Of a stretch of DNA of 64,000 nt, positions 48,567 to 57,123 are shown in pieces; position 1 is the first letter of the stretch; each line of letters opens with the position of its first letter. The position numbers and the translations under genes were made by a program. The DNA comes from Turneriella sp. (GTDB lineage: Bacteria > Spirochaetota > Leptospiria > Turneriellales > Turneriellaceae), in NCBI GenBank assembly GCA_965279515.1, contig CBDIID010000003.1, forward strand, positions 2,752,001-2,816,000. The letters are read 5' to 3'. The notes beneath the pieces were generated by a model. That model saw only the letters and a list, made by a program, of their open reading frames with translations, ran no database searches and was not told the DNA's origin.

Positions 48567-48590
48567 GGTAGCAAGCCACTAACGCGAGCC

Positions 48591-49841
48591 ATGTCTTCTA
48601 TCCCCAAATTCACCATCGACGGCAAGCGCACTGCCGACGAACTCGAAAAGCTCGCGCGCTTTTCTGACCACAAGTACCCCGCTGTCACGCGCATCATCTT
48701 CACCGAGAACGATGTTAAAGCGCGCAATTATTTTAAGTCTCTGGCGAATGAAGCGGGACTCTCTGTGCGCGAAGACACGATCGGTAATATCTTTGTGCGC
48801 CTCGAGGGTTCGCAAAAAGACGGCGCGATCGGTACCGGTTCACACTGCGACGCGGTACCTTTTGCAGGACGCTTCGATGGTACGGTGGGAGTTTTCGGCG
48901 GCCTCGAAGCGTTGCGCGCGCTGAAGAATGCCGGCTTTAAGCCGAAGCGCCCGCTCGAAGTTGTCTTCTTTACCTCTGAAGAACCCACGCGCTTCGGCAT
49001 CGGCTGCATCGGCAGCAGAATCATGTCAAACACCATTACGATGGAAAAAGTGGCTGCTCTGCGCGATAAAGACGGCCTCAGCTTCGACCAGGCGAGAGAA
49101 TCGGCAGGGTATAAAGGCGCAGTACAAGACTCTATCCTACCTAAAGGTTATTACGATTATTTCTGCGAGCTGCACATCGAGCAGGGCCCTGTGCTCGAGC
49201 GCGAAAAAAAGCAGATCGGTGCTGTGACGGGCATCGCCGCGCCCGCTTCGTTCCGTATTCACTTCACGGGCGAAGGTGGCCACGCAGGGGGAGTTCTCAT
49301 GCCGGCGCGCAAAGACGCCCTGGTGCCGTGCGCTATCCTCATTCAGGAGACTGAGCGTCTCGCAAAGTCATCGGCGAGCCCTGACACTGTCGGCACCGTA
49401 GGCGTGGTGAAAGTGCATCCCGGTGCGATCAACAGTATTCCAGCGAAAGCAACGGTAGAGTTCGACATTCGCGACATACGCCTCGATACGCGCGACCATG
49501 TTGTGACCGAGGTCAAAAAACTCGCGCAGAAGCTCGCCGACGAGCGCGGCTTGAAAGTGGAAATCGAAGACATCAATTCCGATCCGCCGGCGGTTTCTGA
49601 CGAGGCCATCCTCAAAATCACGGAAAAGGCCGCGGCAAATTATGGTTATTCGCATATGCGTCTGCCGAGCCGCGCCTACCACGATTCGCTGTTCATCGCG
49701 CGCATCGCGCCGATGGGTATGATCTTTGTGCCCTCAAAGAGCGGTTACAGCCACCGCAGCGACGAGTATACCTCGCCTGAGGAAATCCAACGCGGCGTCG
49801 AGATGCTGGCGCAGACTATGGCCGAACTTTCACTGCTGTAA
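48591..49841 (+). CDS. M20 amidohydrolase, ureidoglycolate-amidohydrolase-like
   Basis: FTSEEPTRFG, IAAPAS, GGHAG..LMP, HPGAINSIP, SRAYHDSLF, GYSH. Confidence 0.8.
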   Translation: MSSIPKFTIDGKRTADELEKLARFSDHKYPAVTRIIFTENDVKARNYFKSLANEAGLSVREDTIGNIFVRLEGSQKDGAIGTGSHCDAVPFAGRFDGTVGVFGGLEALRALKNAGFKPKRPLEVVFFTSEEPTRFGIGCIGSRIMSNTITMEKVAALRDKDGLSFDQARESAGYKGAVQDSILPKGYYDYFCELHIEQGPVLEREKKQIGAVTGIAAPASFRIHFTGEGGHAGGVLMPARKDALVPCAILIQETERLAKSSASPDTVGTVGVVKVHPGAINSIPAKATVEFDIRDIRLDTRDHVVTEVKKLAQKLADERGLKVEIEDINSDPPAVSDEAILKITEKAAANYGYSHMRLPSRAYHDSLFIARIAPMGMIFVPSKSGYSHRSDEYTSPEEIQRGVEMLAQTMAELSLL

Positions 49842-49842
49842 C

Positions 49843-50250
49843 TTGGCTTCGTACCAAAGTTTCATTTTCTCAGCAGAGACGGCGCAGGTGTTCTGGCCCA
49901 AAGCACGGGCCGCTGTGGAAACGTATTGCCGCAAAGCCGGCCGTCCCGTTTCACTGATGGCCGATACGAAACGAATGCGCGTCGAGTATGGGCGTGAAGA
50001 ATATTATTTTTATCTTAGCCTCTTTGAGGGTGAGGCCGCGCTGGCTGAGTCGGAAGATATTGCCAGAAGCCGTCTATCCCACCCTTGGGCCAAAACCGTT
50101 GCAAACTGCGCTTACCGGATTGAATTTTCCGGGGATGACGACCCCGACATGGATTATTTCAACGAGTACTTTGCCTTAATGGAAGAGCTCGTGCAAGGTG
50201 CCGGGGCTATTGTTTTTGATTACCCAAGCGGCAAGTTCTTCGGCACTTAG
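49843..50250 (+). CDS. Hypothetical protein
   Basis: Likely TTG start 1 nt after the upstream stop; DDPDMDYFNEY motif. Confidence 0.6.
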   Translation: MASYQSFIFSAETAQVFWPKARAAVETYCRKAGRPVSLMADTKRMRVEYGREEYYFYLSLFEGEAALAESEDIARSRLSHPWAKTVANCAYRIEFSGDDDPDMDYFNEYFALMEELVQGAGAIVFDYPSGKFFGT

Positions 50251-50293
50251 GTTTTTTTGACACCTTGCATCGGCATCGGGCGTACATGAGGCT

Positions 50294-50878
50294 ATGCAAA
50301 AATTATCATTCACCCTGATTTTCGCCATTTTCATCGCCGGATGCGGCAAGGGCAAGGGTTCTGCGGCTGGCGCGCTCGTGGTACCCGCATTACCGGCAGA
50401 TTATACTGCCTTAGACTTAACCCAGACCGGCCTCAAGGCTACCGTGAAGGCACCTGCAGGCGCCACAGCTGAAAAATCTACCCTCGATGACAACGAGGGT
50501 AAGCGGCCCTATTACATCGTGCGCGCATTTTCGATTCCGAGCGATGCCGCGAACCCGGACAGAACCGCCCAGGCGAAATTCGATATCTATTCGACGAAGC
50601 GGCCCTTTGGCCAGCACCGCGAAGAAGTCAAATTCAGGCCGACCATCGGCTGGAAAAGCTGGCTCAAAGACGAAGGCGAACTGATCGTCTTTGCGGCGCG
50701 GCCCGGCAATTCGATCGGCCAGCCGATACGCGAAAAAGACAGTGAAGTCTATCACTTCATGCTGCTGCGCCAGGGCGCGGATGGCCAGCACTACATCGTG
50801 GCCTCTAGCTCGTCTATGGATTATACGAAGGATGAAATGCTGAGACTGCTGGCTATCGCCCAGTCGCTGAAGATCTGA
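50294..50878 (+). CDS. Lipoprotein, unknown function
   Basis: IAGC lipobox. Confidence 0.75.
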   Translation: MQKLSFTLIFAIFIAGCGKGKGSAAGALVVPALPADYTALDLTQTGLKATVKAPAGATAEKSTLDDNEGKRPYYIVRAFSIPSDAANPDRTAQAKFDIYSTKRPFGQHREEVKFRPTIGWKSWLKDEGELIVFAARPGNSIGQPIREKDSEVYHFMLLRQGADGQHYIVASSSSMDYTKDEMLRLLAIAQSLKI

Positions 50879-50880
50879 CC

Positions 50881-51234
50881 TCAGCGCGCCGCAAGGGCGC
50901 GCAGTGCTTCCTCTTGAGACGCATAGATGGAGACATAACGCGTGATCTGCACAAGATCGAGCATTTTTCTGACATGCAGGTTCGCGCCAAAAATGCACAC
51001 GGAGCCGGAAACGGGGCTAAGCAGTTTCAGCAGCGAGAATAAAACGCTGACCGCGGGGGAGTCGATCGCTTCCATTTTAGTCGCATCGACCAGAAAGGTG
51101 CGGCCGCCACCCTGAACCCGGGCCGTGAGTTCTTTGCGCAGCGCCTCGGCGCTTTCCATATTCATGTCGCCGGAGGTACTGAGGATCAGGGTCGTCGGAT
51201 CAACGGCGTGGAATTCTAATGTAAACGCCTGCAT
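50881..51234 (-). CDS. STAS-domain anti-sigma antagonist
   Basis: GDMNM, D...EAIDS, V.KMLDLV. Confidence 0.82.
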   Translation of the reverse strand: MQAFTLEFHAVDPTTLILSTSGDMNMESAEALRKELTARVQGGGRTFLVDATKMEAIDSPAVSVLFSLLKLLSPVSGSVCIFGANLHVRKMLDLVQITRYVSIYASQEEALRALAAR

Positions 51235-51265
51235 CGTTCATAATACGAACGGGCAGGCTTGGGGG

Positions 51266-51670
51266 TTACAGGCCGGCGATGCCGGCTTTGGCGACCTGGG
51301 TATCTTGCGTCGAAAGCGCGCCAGAGACGCCGATCGCGCCAACGATCTTATCGCCTTTGACAATGATCTCTCCGCCTTCGACGGGAATCACATTCGGCAT
51401 GCCAAGAATCTTGAGACCCGCGCCGCCCTTTTCGACAGTCTCTTCAAAAGCCTTCGTGGCACGCTTGAATTTTATCGAGGTCAGTGCCTTGGCCTGGCAG
51501 ATTTCAATCGAACCCAGCTGCGTGTTATCCATCTTTTCGAGCAGCACGAGATTCGCGCCCGAATCGACGATGGCAATCGCCATGTTCCAGCCGTTTTTCC
51601 CGGCCTCTGCCTGCGCAGCCGCGACAATTTTTTTCGCATCGGCAAGTGCGATGGGTTCACCGTAAGTCAT
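51266..51670 (-). CDS. GlcG/HbpS heme-binding protein
   Basis: IAIVDSG..L, KALTS, GG..I, GAIGVSG...QD; ATG 51670. Confidence 0.88.
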   Translation of the reverse strand: MTYGEPIALADAKKIVAAAQAEAGKNGWNMAIAIVDSGANLVLLEKMDNTQLGSIEICQAKALTSIKFKRATKAFEETVEKGGAGLKILGMPNVIPVEGGEIIVKGDKIVGAIGVSGALSTQDTQVAKAGIAGL

Positions 51671-51716
51671 GGGTAAATAAAGATTGCCGCGCACAGGCTG
51701 GCAATCGCAATAAGCA

Positions 51717-52436
51717 ATGTTATCACCTTTCTGGGGCGAATTTCTGGGCACGATGGTGCTCATCATCTTAGGCAGCGGCGTTGTCGCGGGCGTGCTGCTT
51801 GAAAAATCGAAGGCGCAAAACGCCGGGTGGATTGTCATCACGGCGGGCTGGGCCTTTGCCGTCACGCTGGGGATTTTCACCGCGAAGACTTTCGGCAGTC
51901 CCGATGCGCACCTAAACCCGGCCGTAACGCTGGCCTTCGCGATCAAATCGGGCTCGTATGAAAACGTGCCCGTCTTCTTCGCCGCCCAGTTCGCGGGCGC
52001 TTTTGCGGGAGCTGTCATCACCTGGCTGCACTATTTACCGCACTGGGGCGAAACAAAAAACCCCGCACTAAAACTCGCGGTCTTCTCAACCGACCCGGCC
52101 ATTCGCCATCCGGTGCACAACATGGTGAGCGAGATCATCGGCACATTGGTTCTCATCATCGGCGTCTACGTCATCTTCTCACGCGGCTCCGGCGGCATCA
52201 GCGCAGGCATGGGCCCGTTTCTCGTCGGCATACTCGTCTGGGCAATCGGCCTCTCGATGGGCGGCACGACCGGCTACGCGATCAACCCCGCCCGCGACCT
52301 CGGCCCACGCCTCGCGCATGCACTGCTGCCGATTGCTGGCAAGGGCTCATCGGACTGGCGCTATGCTTGGGTGCCAGTGGTCGCACCGCTGATTGGAGGG
52401 GGGATTGCGGGGGTGGTGTTGCGGTTGGTTTCGTAG
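51717..52436 (+). CDS. glpF: MIP aquaglyceroporin
   Basis: HLNPAVT and GYAINPARD. Confidence 0.9.
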   Translation: MLSPFWGEFLGTMVLIILGSGVVAGVLLEKSKAQNAGWIVITAGWAFAVTLGIFTAKTFGSPDAHLNPAVTLAFAIKSGSYENVPVFFAAQFAGAFAGAVITWLHYLPHWGETKNPALKLAVFSTDPAIRHPVHNMVSEIIGTLVLIIGVYVIFSRGSGGISAGMGPFLVGILVWAIGLSMGGTTGYAINPARDLGPRLAHALLPIAGKGSSDWRYAWVPVVAPLIGGGIAGVVLRLVS

Positions 52437-52470
52437 AATAGGTGGAGTGTGACATGGGCAAAGAGTAATT

Positions 52471-53259
52471 ATGTACGCAAAATATTTTATCGCATTATTG
52501 ATTATCTTCTTAGGAAATTGCCGAGACCCCAAAGGCCAGATTGTTGAAGATTACTTAGATTCTACTCTGACGAGAGAAAGTACGATCAGAATGCAAGAGG
52601 TTTTTGTCGAAAAATTGCCACCGCAAATGCCGCGCTCAGTCAAGTTAAAACTCGGTGCCTTTGCACGCCGGATATGGGACTTTGAAACATACGCTGATAC
52701 ATTAAAGCAAACCTCGATACCGCCGGAAGTCATAGCCGGCATGAAGTCGACTATAGATTTCAGTAAGACAGAAGCTGGCAGGTCGTACAAAAAATCCCTT
52801 AAGAATTATTTTGACAATGAGCGGCAGCTTTTAGGCCAGAAGAGAATCTCCGATTTCCCCGCCGCTCGAATCGACTTTTTTACGCAGCGCTTTTTTGCCA
52901 ATAACGAGCCTGAAAACGGGGAACGGGTAAACCGCGACTTCAACTATCGTATGATGAAAATCTTTTGGATATTGAGCCATCCAAATAAACCCATTGACGA
53001 GGCAGAAATCAAGGCAAAGTCTCAGATTATCATAAACGCTGAGCGTAACAAAATGCAGAAATCAATTATTCAGGGCAAAGTCCCAGATTCTATGCTTCTT
53101 CGCAGCTTGGTACAGACTATGCTCTTAACCGAGCAAGAATTTGAGGCGTACAAATCCTACCTTAATGCAACAGAGGCCATTTCTCTGAAAAAGTTCATTT
53201 TTGACTTTGACCATACTCAGTCGCAAATCCGCATGGACAAATACATACAATCACTATAA
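52471..53259 (+). CDS. Cassette 1: lipoprotein, unknown function
   Basis: FLGNC lipobox; flanked by a 14/15 inverted repeat. Confidence 0.75.
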   Translation: MYAKYFIALLIIFLGNCRDPKGQIVEDYLDSTLTRESTIRMQEVFVEKLPPQMPRSVKLKLGAFARRIWDFETYADTLKQTSIPPEVIAGMKSTIDFSKTEAGRSYKKSLKNYFDNERQLLGQKRISDFPAARIDFFTQRFFANNEPENGERVNRDFNYRMMKIFWILSHPNKPIDEAEIKAKSQIIINAERNKMQKSIIQGKVPDSMLLRSLVQTMLLTEQEFEAYKSYLNATEAISLKKFIFDFDHTQSQIRMDKYIQSL

Positions 53260-53271
53260 GTTGCCCACGTC

Positions 53272-53455
53272 ACACAACAAATTTTACGCGCTGCGCCGCT
53301 GCGGTGCAGTAGCTCCCCGCGTGCTCCCTAAGGGGAGATTCGCTTCGCGCGTCGCCGCGAGCCGCTACGACCACATTTTTTGACGCAAATCGGCTTTACA
53401 AAGTGAATAATGACACAAGCATCAAAAAACGTCATCGTAAAATCCAACGTTAGCT
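53272..53455 (+). repeat. attC-like site 1 (184 bp)
   Basis: ACACAAC, ATTTTACG (53281-88) pairing CGTAAAAT (53436-43), GTTAGCT. Confidence 0.8.
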
Positions 53456-53468
53456 GCCATGGTGCATT

Positions 53469-54389
53469 ATGTCAGACCACTTAAATAAACTAATTAACTC
53501 AGTTCACTTTCAATCGATCCTTAAAGAGCAGAGTGTTTTTAACGTAGTTAAACAGCATTTACCAGACACTCAAATGGGGACTTTTTATGTAGACCCTGAT
53601 ACGAGTAAGTACAGAGAAATTGATGTATTGGCTTTAAAGGAGAGCACAATAAATCAAAAATCTGAAGAAATTAGAGTAAGAACTATTATACCAATCGAGT
53701 GCAAGACGTTGAAAAATTTTAGTGTCTTTTTGTATAATGAGCAGCCTAAAGAAAAATCCAGGCCAAATACGGTTTGGCCTCTTGAAATTCTTCAAACAAC
53801 AATTTTTCAGAAGATTCACCGTGAATCACTGAGTCTAAAAGTCCAAAAACGGTTTGAGCTTGAGCATTCAAATACACGCCCGAAACTAACAGATCAGATA
53901 GATTTGGCCGCCAGTTTCGCTGAACCTGTCTTTCCTACTTATGCGAGTTTTAGGGAGATGAACCCAGCAAATGTGCGACGCAAGGATGATGATGGGAGCG
54001 TCGTTTGGGAAGCTAGCCAAAGTCTTCGGGCCTGCCAGATGTACTTCGTAAATGAGGTTATCAAGACCGCCGTTGAGGATTCGATTGAACAAATGGCAGG
54101 CTTTATTGATGAAGTTGACAAAGCTAGAGATGCAACTTATACACGCATACCGCTAATAAGACTTGATGCCATTAAAGCATTGCATAATAGATTTTACTCA
54201 ATTCATCCCATATTGGTGGTAGACGCTCAGCTTTTTACAATTGATGAGAATGAAAACCCTAAGGAGATTTCCGCAGGCAATTTGGCATTTTACGGCGTTG
54301 GCGGCTTCGCAAATTTTCAAATGACAGTCATGCGGTATTCGACCTTTCAAGAGTCAATCGCTGCTTTGATAAAAGGCATCTTGATCTGA
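53469..54389 (+). CDS. Cassette 2: PD-(D/E)xK nuclease-like protein
   Basis: YVDPDTSKYREIDV ... IECK; AT-rich relative to the window. Confidence 0.65.
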   Translation: MSDHLNKLINSVHFQSILKEQSVFNVVKQHLPDTQMGTFYVDPDTSKYREIDVLALKESTINQKSEEIRVRTIIPIECKTLKNFSVFLYNEQPKEKSRPNTVWPLEILQTTIFQKIHRESLSLKVQKRFELEHSNTRPKLTDQIDLAASFAEPVFPTYASFREMNPANVRRKDDDGSVVWEASQSLRACQMYFVNEVIKTAVEDSIEQMAGFIDEVDKARDATYTRIPLIRLDAIKALHNRFYSIHPILVVDAQLFTIDENENPKEISAGNLAFYGVGGFANFQMTVMRYSTFQESIAALIKGILI

Positions 54390-54401
54390 ATGCCCCACGG
54401 C

Positions 54402-54698
54402 AGCTAACAAATTTTACGCGCTGCGCGCTGCGGTGCCGTAGTTCCTCTGAAAACAGAGACCCGAGGACAGGTCGCGTGTGCTCCCTCAGGGGAGATTCGC
54501 TTCGCTCATCGCGGGTCTTCGCAGCAAAGATCGCGGACGACGCGCACACCGGGAGGTGTGTTTTCGCGCGGCGCTGCGTGACCTTTTAGGTCTTCGTCTT
54601 CGGTGCCGCTAGACCACATCTTTTGACGCGAATCGGCTTTACAAATTGATTAAATGGCACAGGCGTCAAAAAACGTCGGCGTTAGATCCAAGTTGTGT
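54402..54698 (+). repeat. attC-like site 2 (297 bp)
   Basis: AGCTAAC-AAATTTTACGCGCTGCG start shared with site 1; ends GATCCAAGTTGTGT. Confidence 0.78.
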
Positions 54699-54708
54699 TA
54701 CCTTTACT

Positions 54709-55497
54709 ATGAAACCATTCTCAAAGCGCTATTTTCTACTTATAATACTTGGCCTAAATTCGATTACGTGTAATAATCATAAAATTGCAACGAAAGATAT
54801 ACTTATTGTCGAAATCACTGATGCCGATCTCGGCCTGAAAATAACTGCTGAGCCGGAGTATCGGAGAATGATCCCCTTGTTCCGCACATCTCTGACGAAG
54901 TTTCTAACGGATTTAGGACCGTTAGCTCGATATGTTCTAATTCATATGACCCTTAGTTCGCACGAAAAAAATGACATCGATCATAACTTGCGCGACGCCA
55001 TACAGAAGCTGCCCCGTAAGACTCTAATTTATGGCAACTTACTTAAACGAAAGATGACGCATAAGTTTTTTTCCTCCGCAGTCGCCGAAATGGGTCACGT
55101 TGAATTTGCCGAAGCAGACGAAATGACATGGTTATTCTATCCGAGTATTTGTGACCGTGATAATGTAAACTCTGACAATGAGCCCGGCGATTGCCCTGAA
55201 AACAAAATCCGCAGAGATATTGCTTTGATCGCCGCTGAGGGGTATGCAGGTAAAAAAATTACGACAAAACTTGCTGATTCTATTGCCTACGAAAAATGGA
55301 GATTAAAAGGGTTATCGCGAATTACCTATACGAAAGCAACGCAATCGCCCGAGCTCTTGAAGGACAAGCTCATCATAATAATCAATCAACCGACACCTGA
55401 CAGCGATATGCACGATCTAATGGGGGATTCAAAAATATCCGGTTCAGAAATTCTTGGGAATCGAGTTTTGTTTTACAATGAATTAGCTGCCCCGTAG
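54709..55497 (+). CDS. Cassette 3: lipoprotein with CHASE2-like features
   Basis: SITC lipobox; DILIVEITDADL; LKDKLIII..DMH..ISGSEILG. Confidence 0.6.
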   Translation: MKPFSKRYFLLIILGLNSITCNNHKIATKDILIVEITDADLGLKITAEPEYRRMIPLFRTSLTKFLTDLGPLARYVLIHMTLSSHEKNDIDHNLRDAIQKLPRKTLIYGNLLKRKMTHKFFSSAVAEMGHVEFAEADEMTWLFYPSICDRDNVNSDNEPGDCPENKIRRDIALIAAEGYAGKKITTKLADSIAYEKWRLKGLSRITYTKATQSPELLKDKLIIIINQPTPDSDMHDLMGDSKISGSEILGNRVLFYNELAAP

Positions 55498-55505
55498 CAA
55501 ACGGC

Positions 55506-55818
55506 GCACATCGAGGTTTGCGGGGCTACGCTCGCTGGGGCGCCATAGCTTGAAACCGCAAGGGCGATGGCGCGGGCTTCCTAAAGGGAGATTCGCTTCG
55601 CTCATCGCGGGGTCTCCGCGGCAAAGATCGCGGATGACGCGCACACCGGGAGGTGTGTTTTTGCGCGGCGCTCGTGACCTTTTAGGTCACTGAAGACAGA
55701 GGCGAAGACGCCACCGTCTTCGGTGCTACGAGGGCACATTTTGTGTCGCGAATCGGCTTTACAGATTGATTAATTGGGGCAGGCGTCAACAAACGTCAGC
55801 GGAAAATCCACGTTGAGC
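55506..55818 (+). repeat. attC-like site 3 (313 bp; left end ATC instead of AAC)
   Basis: Shares GGGAGATTCGCTTCGC, GCACACCGGGAGGTGTG and AATCGGCTTTACA with site 2; ends AAATCCACGTTGAGC. Confidence 0.72.
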
Positions 55819-55836
55819 TCTATCGCCAGGAGACGA

Positions 55837-56361
55837 ATGAAAAAGAAACATTACTCCTATTCATTATTGATTCTTGTCATTTTCTTTGGAGTATCCTGCC
55901 AGCCGCGACTAAAGCTGTTTATCATTCAGAATATGACCGAAAAACCTTTAGCTATTGAACTATTTATTCATCCCTTTGAGGACATGCCAGCCAAACCGCC
56001 TGAAGATTTCCCCTTCGAAGTAACTTTCTTTAAGTCTGGCTATTTTGGAGAGCCGAGCATTGAGGAGAATGGTACGCGAATACCCTTAAAATCTTCTGCG
56101 ATTAAGTTAGATACGAAAAGGCATTCGATTATTTTTTCCCTAAAGCCCAGGGCGGGATTAGAGATTTTTAAAATGACGTTTCACCAGTTTAAGGCTTTGG
56201 ATGATAAAACTATTTCAAAGTTTCCTTTCAAATTACTTGCAATACAAACTCCAAGCAAGCAACTAGAAATTGCCATAACATCGAAAGGTTTAACTGAAAA
56301 CTTCCAGAGACCGTTTTTTTCAATCTGGGATCATGAGCGAAATGAACTAATTGTCCAATAG
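55837..56361 (+). CDS. Cassette 4: lipoprotein, unknown function
   Basis: AGGAG RBS, ATG 55837, FGVSC lipobox. Confidence 0.72.
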   Translation: MKKKHYSYSLLILVIFFGVSCQPRLKLFIIQNMTEKPLAIELFIHPFEDMPAKPPEDFPFEVTFFKSGYFGEPSIEENGTRIPLKSSAIKLDTKRHSIIFSLKPRAGLEIFKMTFHQFKALDDKTISKFPFKLLAIQTPSKQLEIAITSKGLTENFQRPFFSIWDHERNELIVQ

Positions 56362-56369
56362 GCAACGGC

Positions 56370-56640
56370 TCACAGCAAGAATTACCTGCGGTGCGGTAGC
56401 TGCCCTACAGACATAGACCCGAAGACGGGTCGCGCTTTGCGCGTCGCGGCCCTGGCAGCAGCAAGCGGTATACTTCTTTTGTGCACAACCCTCGGCGGAT
56501 ATCCGAAAGCGAGTTACAGAGAGGCGCCAGGAGTATATTAACTGCCGCAAGATCCCGCTACAGGCTAAAAAGTCGAACAAGGCGTCATTCAACGGTAAAT
56601 AAAATTCACGCCGCCGGCCCTCCAACAGCAAAAATATTTC
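56370..56640 (+). repeat. Degenerate attC-like site 4
   Basis: CTGCGGTGCGGTAGCT and GACCCGAAGACGGGTCGCG resemble blocks in sites 1 and 2; ends unclear. Confidence 0.45.
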
Positions 56641-56653
56641 GTCTAAGTAGAGT

Positions 56654-57045
56654 ATGAGCATCTATCGAAGATACATGCTGGATGAATCCTGGGGCGATGA
56701 GCCCGAAATCAAGGCGCAGAAAAGTCTCGTCGCCGCACTCCGAAAAACACTGCTCACCCCTGCCGACGTTAAGAGCGCCCTCAAGAAGGGCATAAATCCC
56801 ATTGATTCATCCATAGAGAAATGGTCTCGCATTCAAGCGGTTTTGGCCGAAGCGAAGCGAATTGAAACATTGGCTGCTTTAGAAACCTTCATCGGCGCCA
56901 AGACCTGCGCGCTCTGTATCAGATTGTACAAAATGCCCGGCATGCACCCCAGCTCTATGCCGAAGATGAGGAGATATTTGAGCAAATAAAACAGCTGGCT
57001 CTTCAGATGGTGAATTTACTGAAATCAATTCCTCAGAATAGCTGA
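56654..57045 (+). pseudogene. Probable frameshifted Cys-motif protein
   Basis: ORF to 56989 with CALC; DCTKCP and the helix AEDEEIFEQIKQLALQMVNLLKSIPQNS* follow in the other two frames. Confidence 0.4.
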
Positions 57046-57123
57046 GGGGTTATCTAAATAAAACGCCTTCACACTTAAACAGAAGATCAAAGCTTGCTCC
57101 GAAACCTTCTTTGGTTAACTAAG

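Larger units (their letters stand above)
52447..57045 (+). mobile_element. Integron-like gene cassette array with no adjacent integrase (CALIN-like)
   Basis: Co-oriented unrelated ORFs separated by related palindromic repeats with AAC...GTT ends; cassette-specific terminal inverted repeats. Confidence 0.78.

Noticed and set aside
47640..48590. Thioredoxin gene as an integron cassette (CACTAAC after the stop)
   Set aside because: No matching GTT end upstream and no attC body
51266..52021. 251-aa ORF as given in the track
   Set aside because: The N-terminal part is antisense to glpF; the GlcG domain starts at ATG 51670
53380..53411. Sigma70 promoter embedded in the attC-like sites (TTGACG ... 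AATAAT)
   Set aside because: Spacing is 20 bp in site 1 and the -35 is not conserved in site 3
53272..56640. CRISPR array or MITE interpretation of the intergenic repeats
   Set aside because: Repeats are 180-310 bp, variable, separated by whole genes and bounded by AAC/GTT cores; no cas genes or target-site duplications seen
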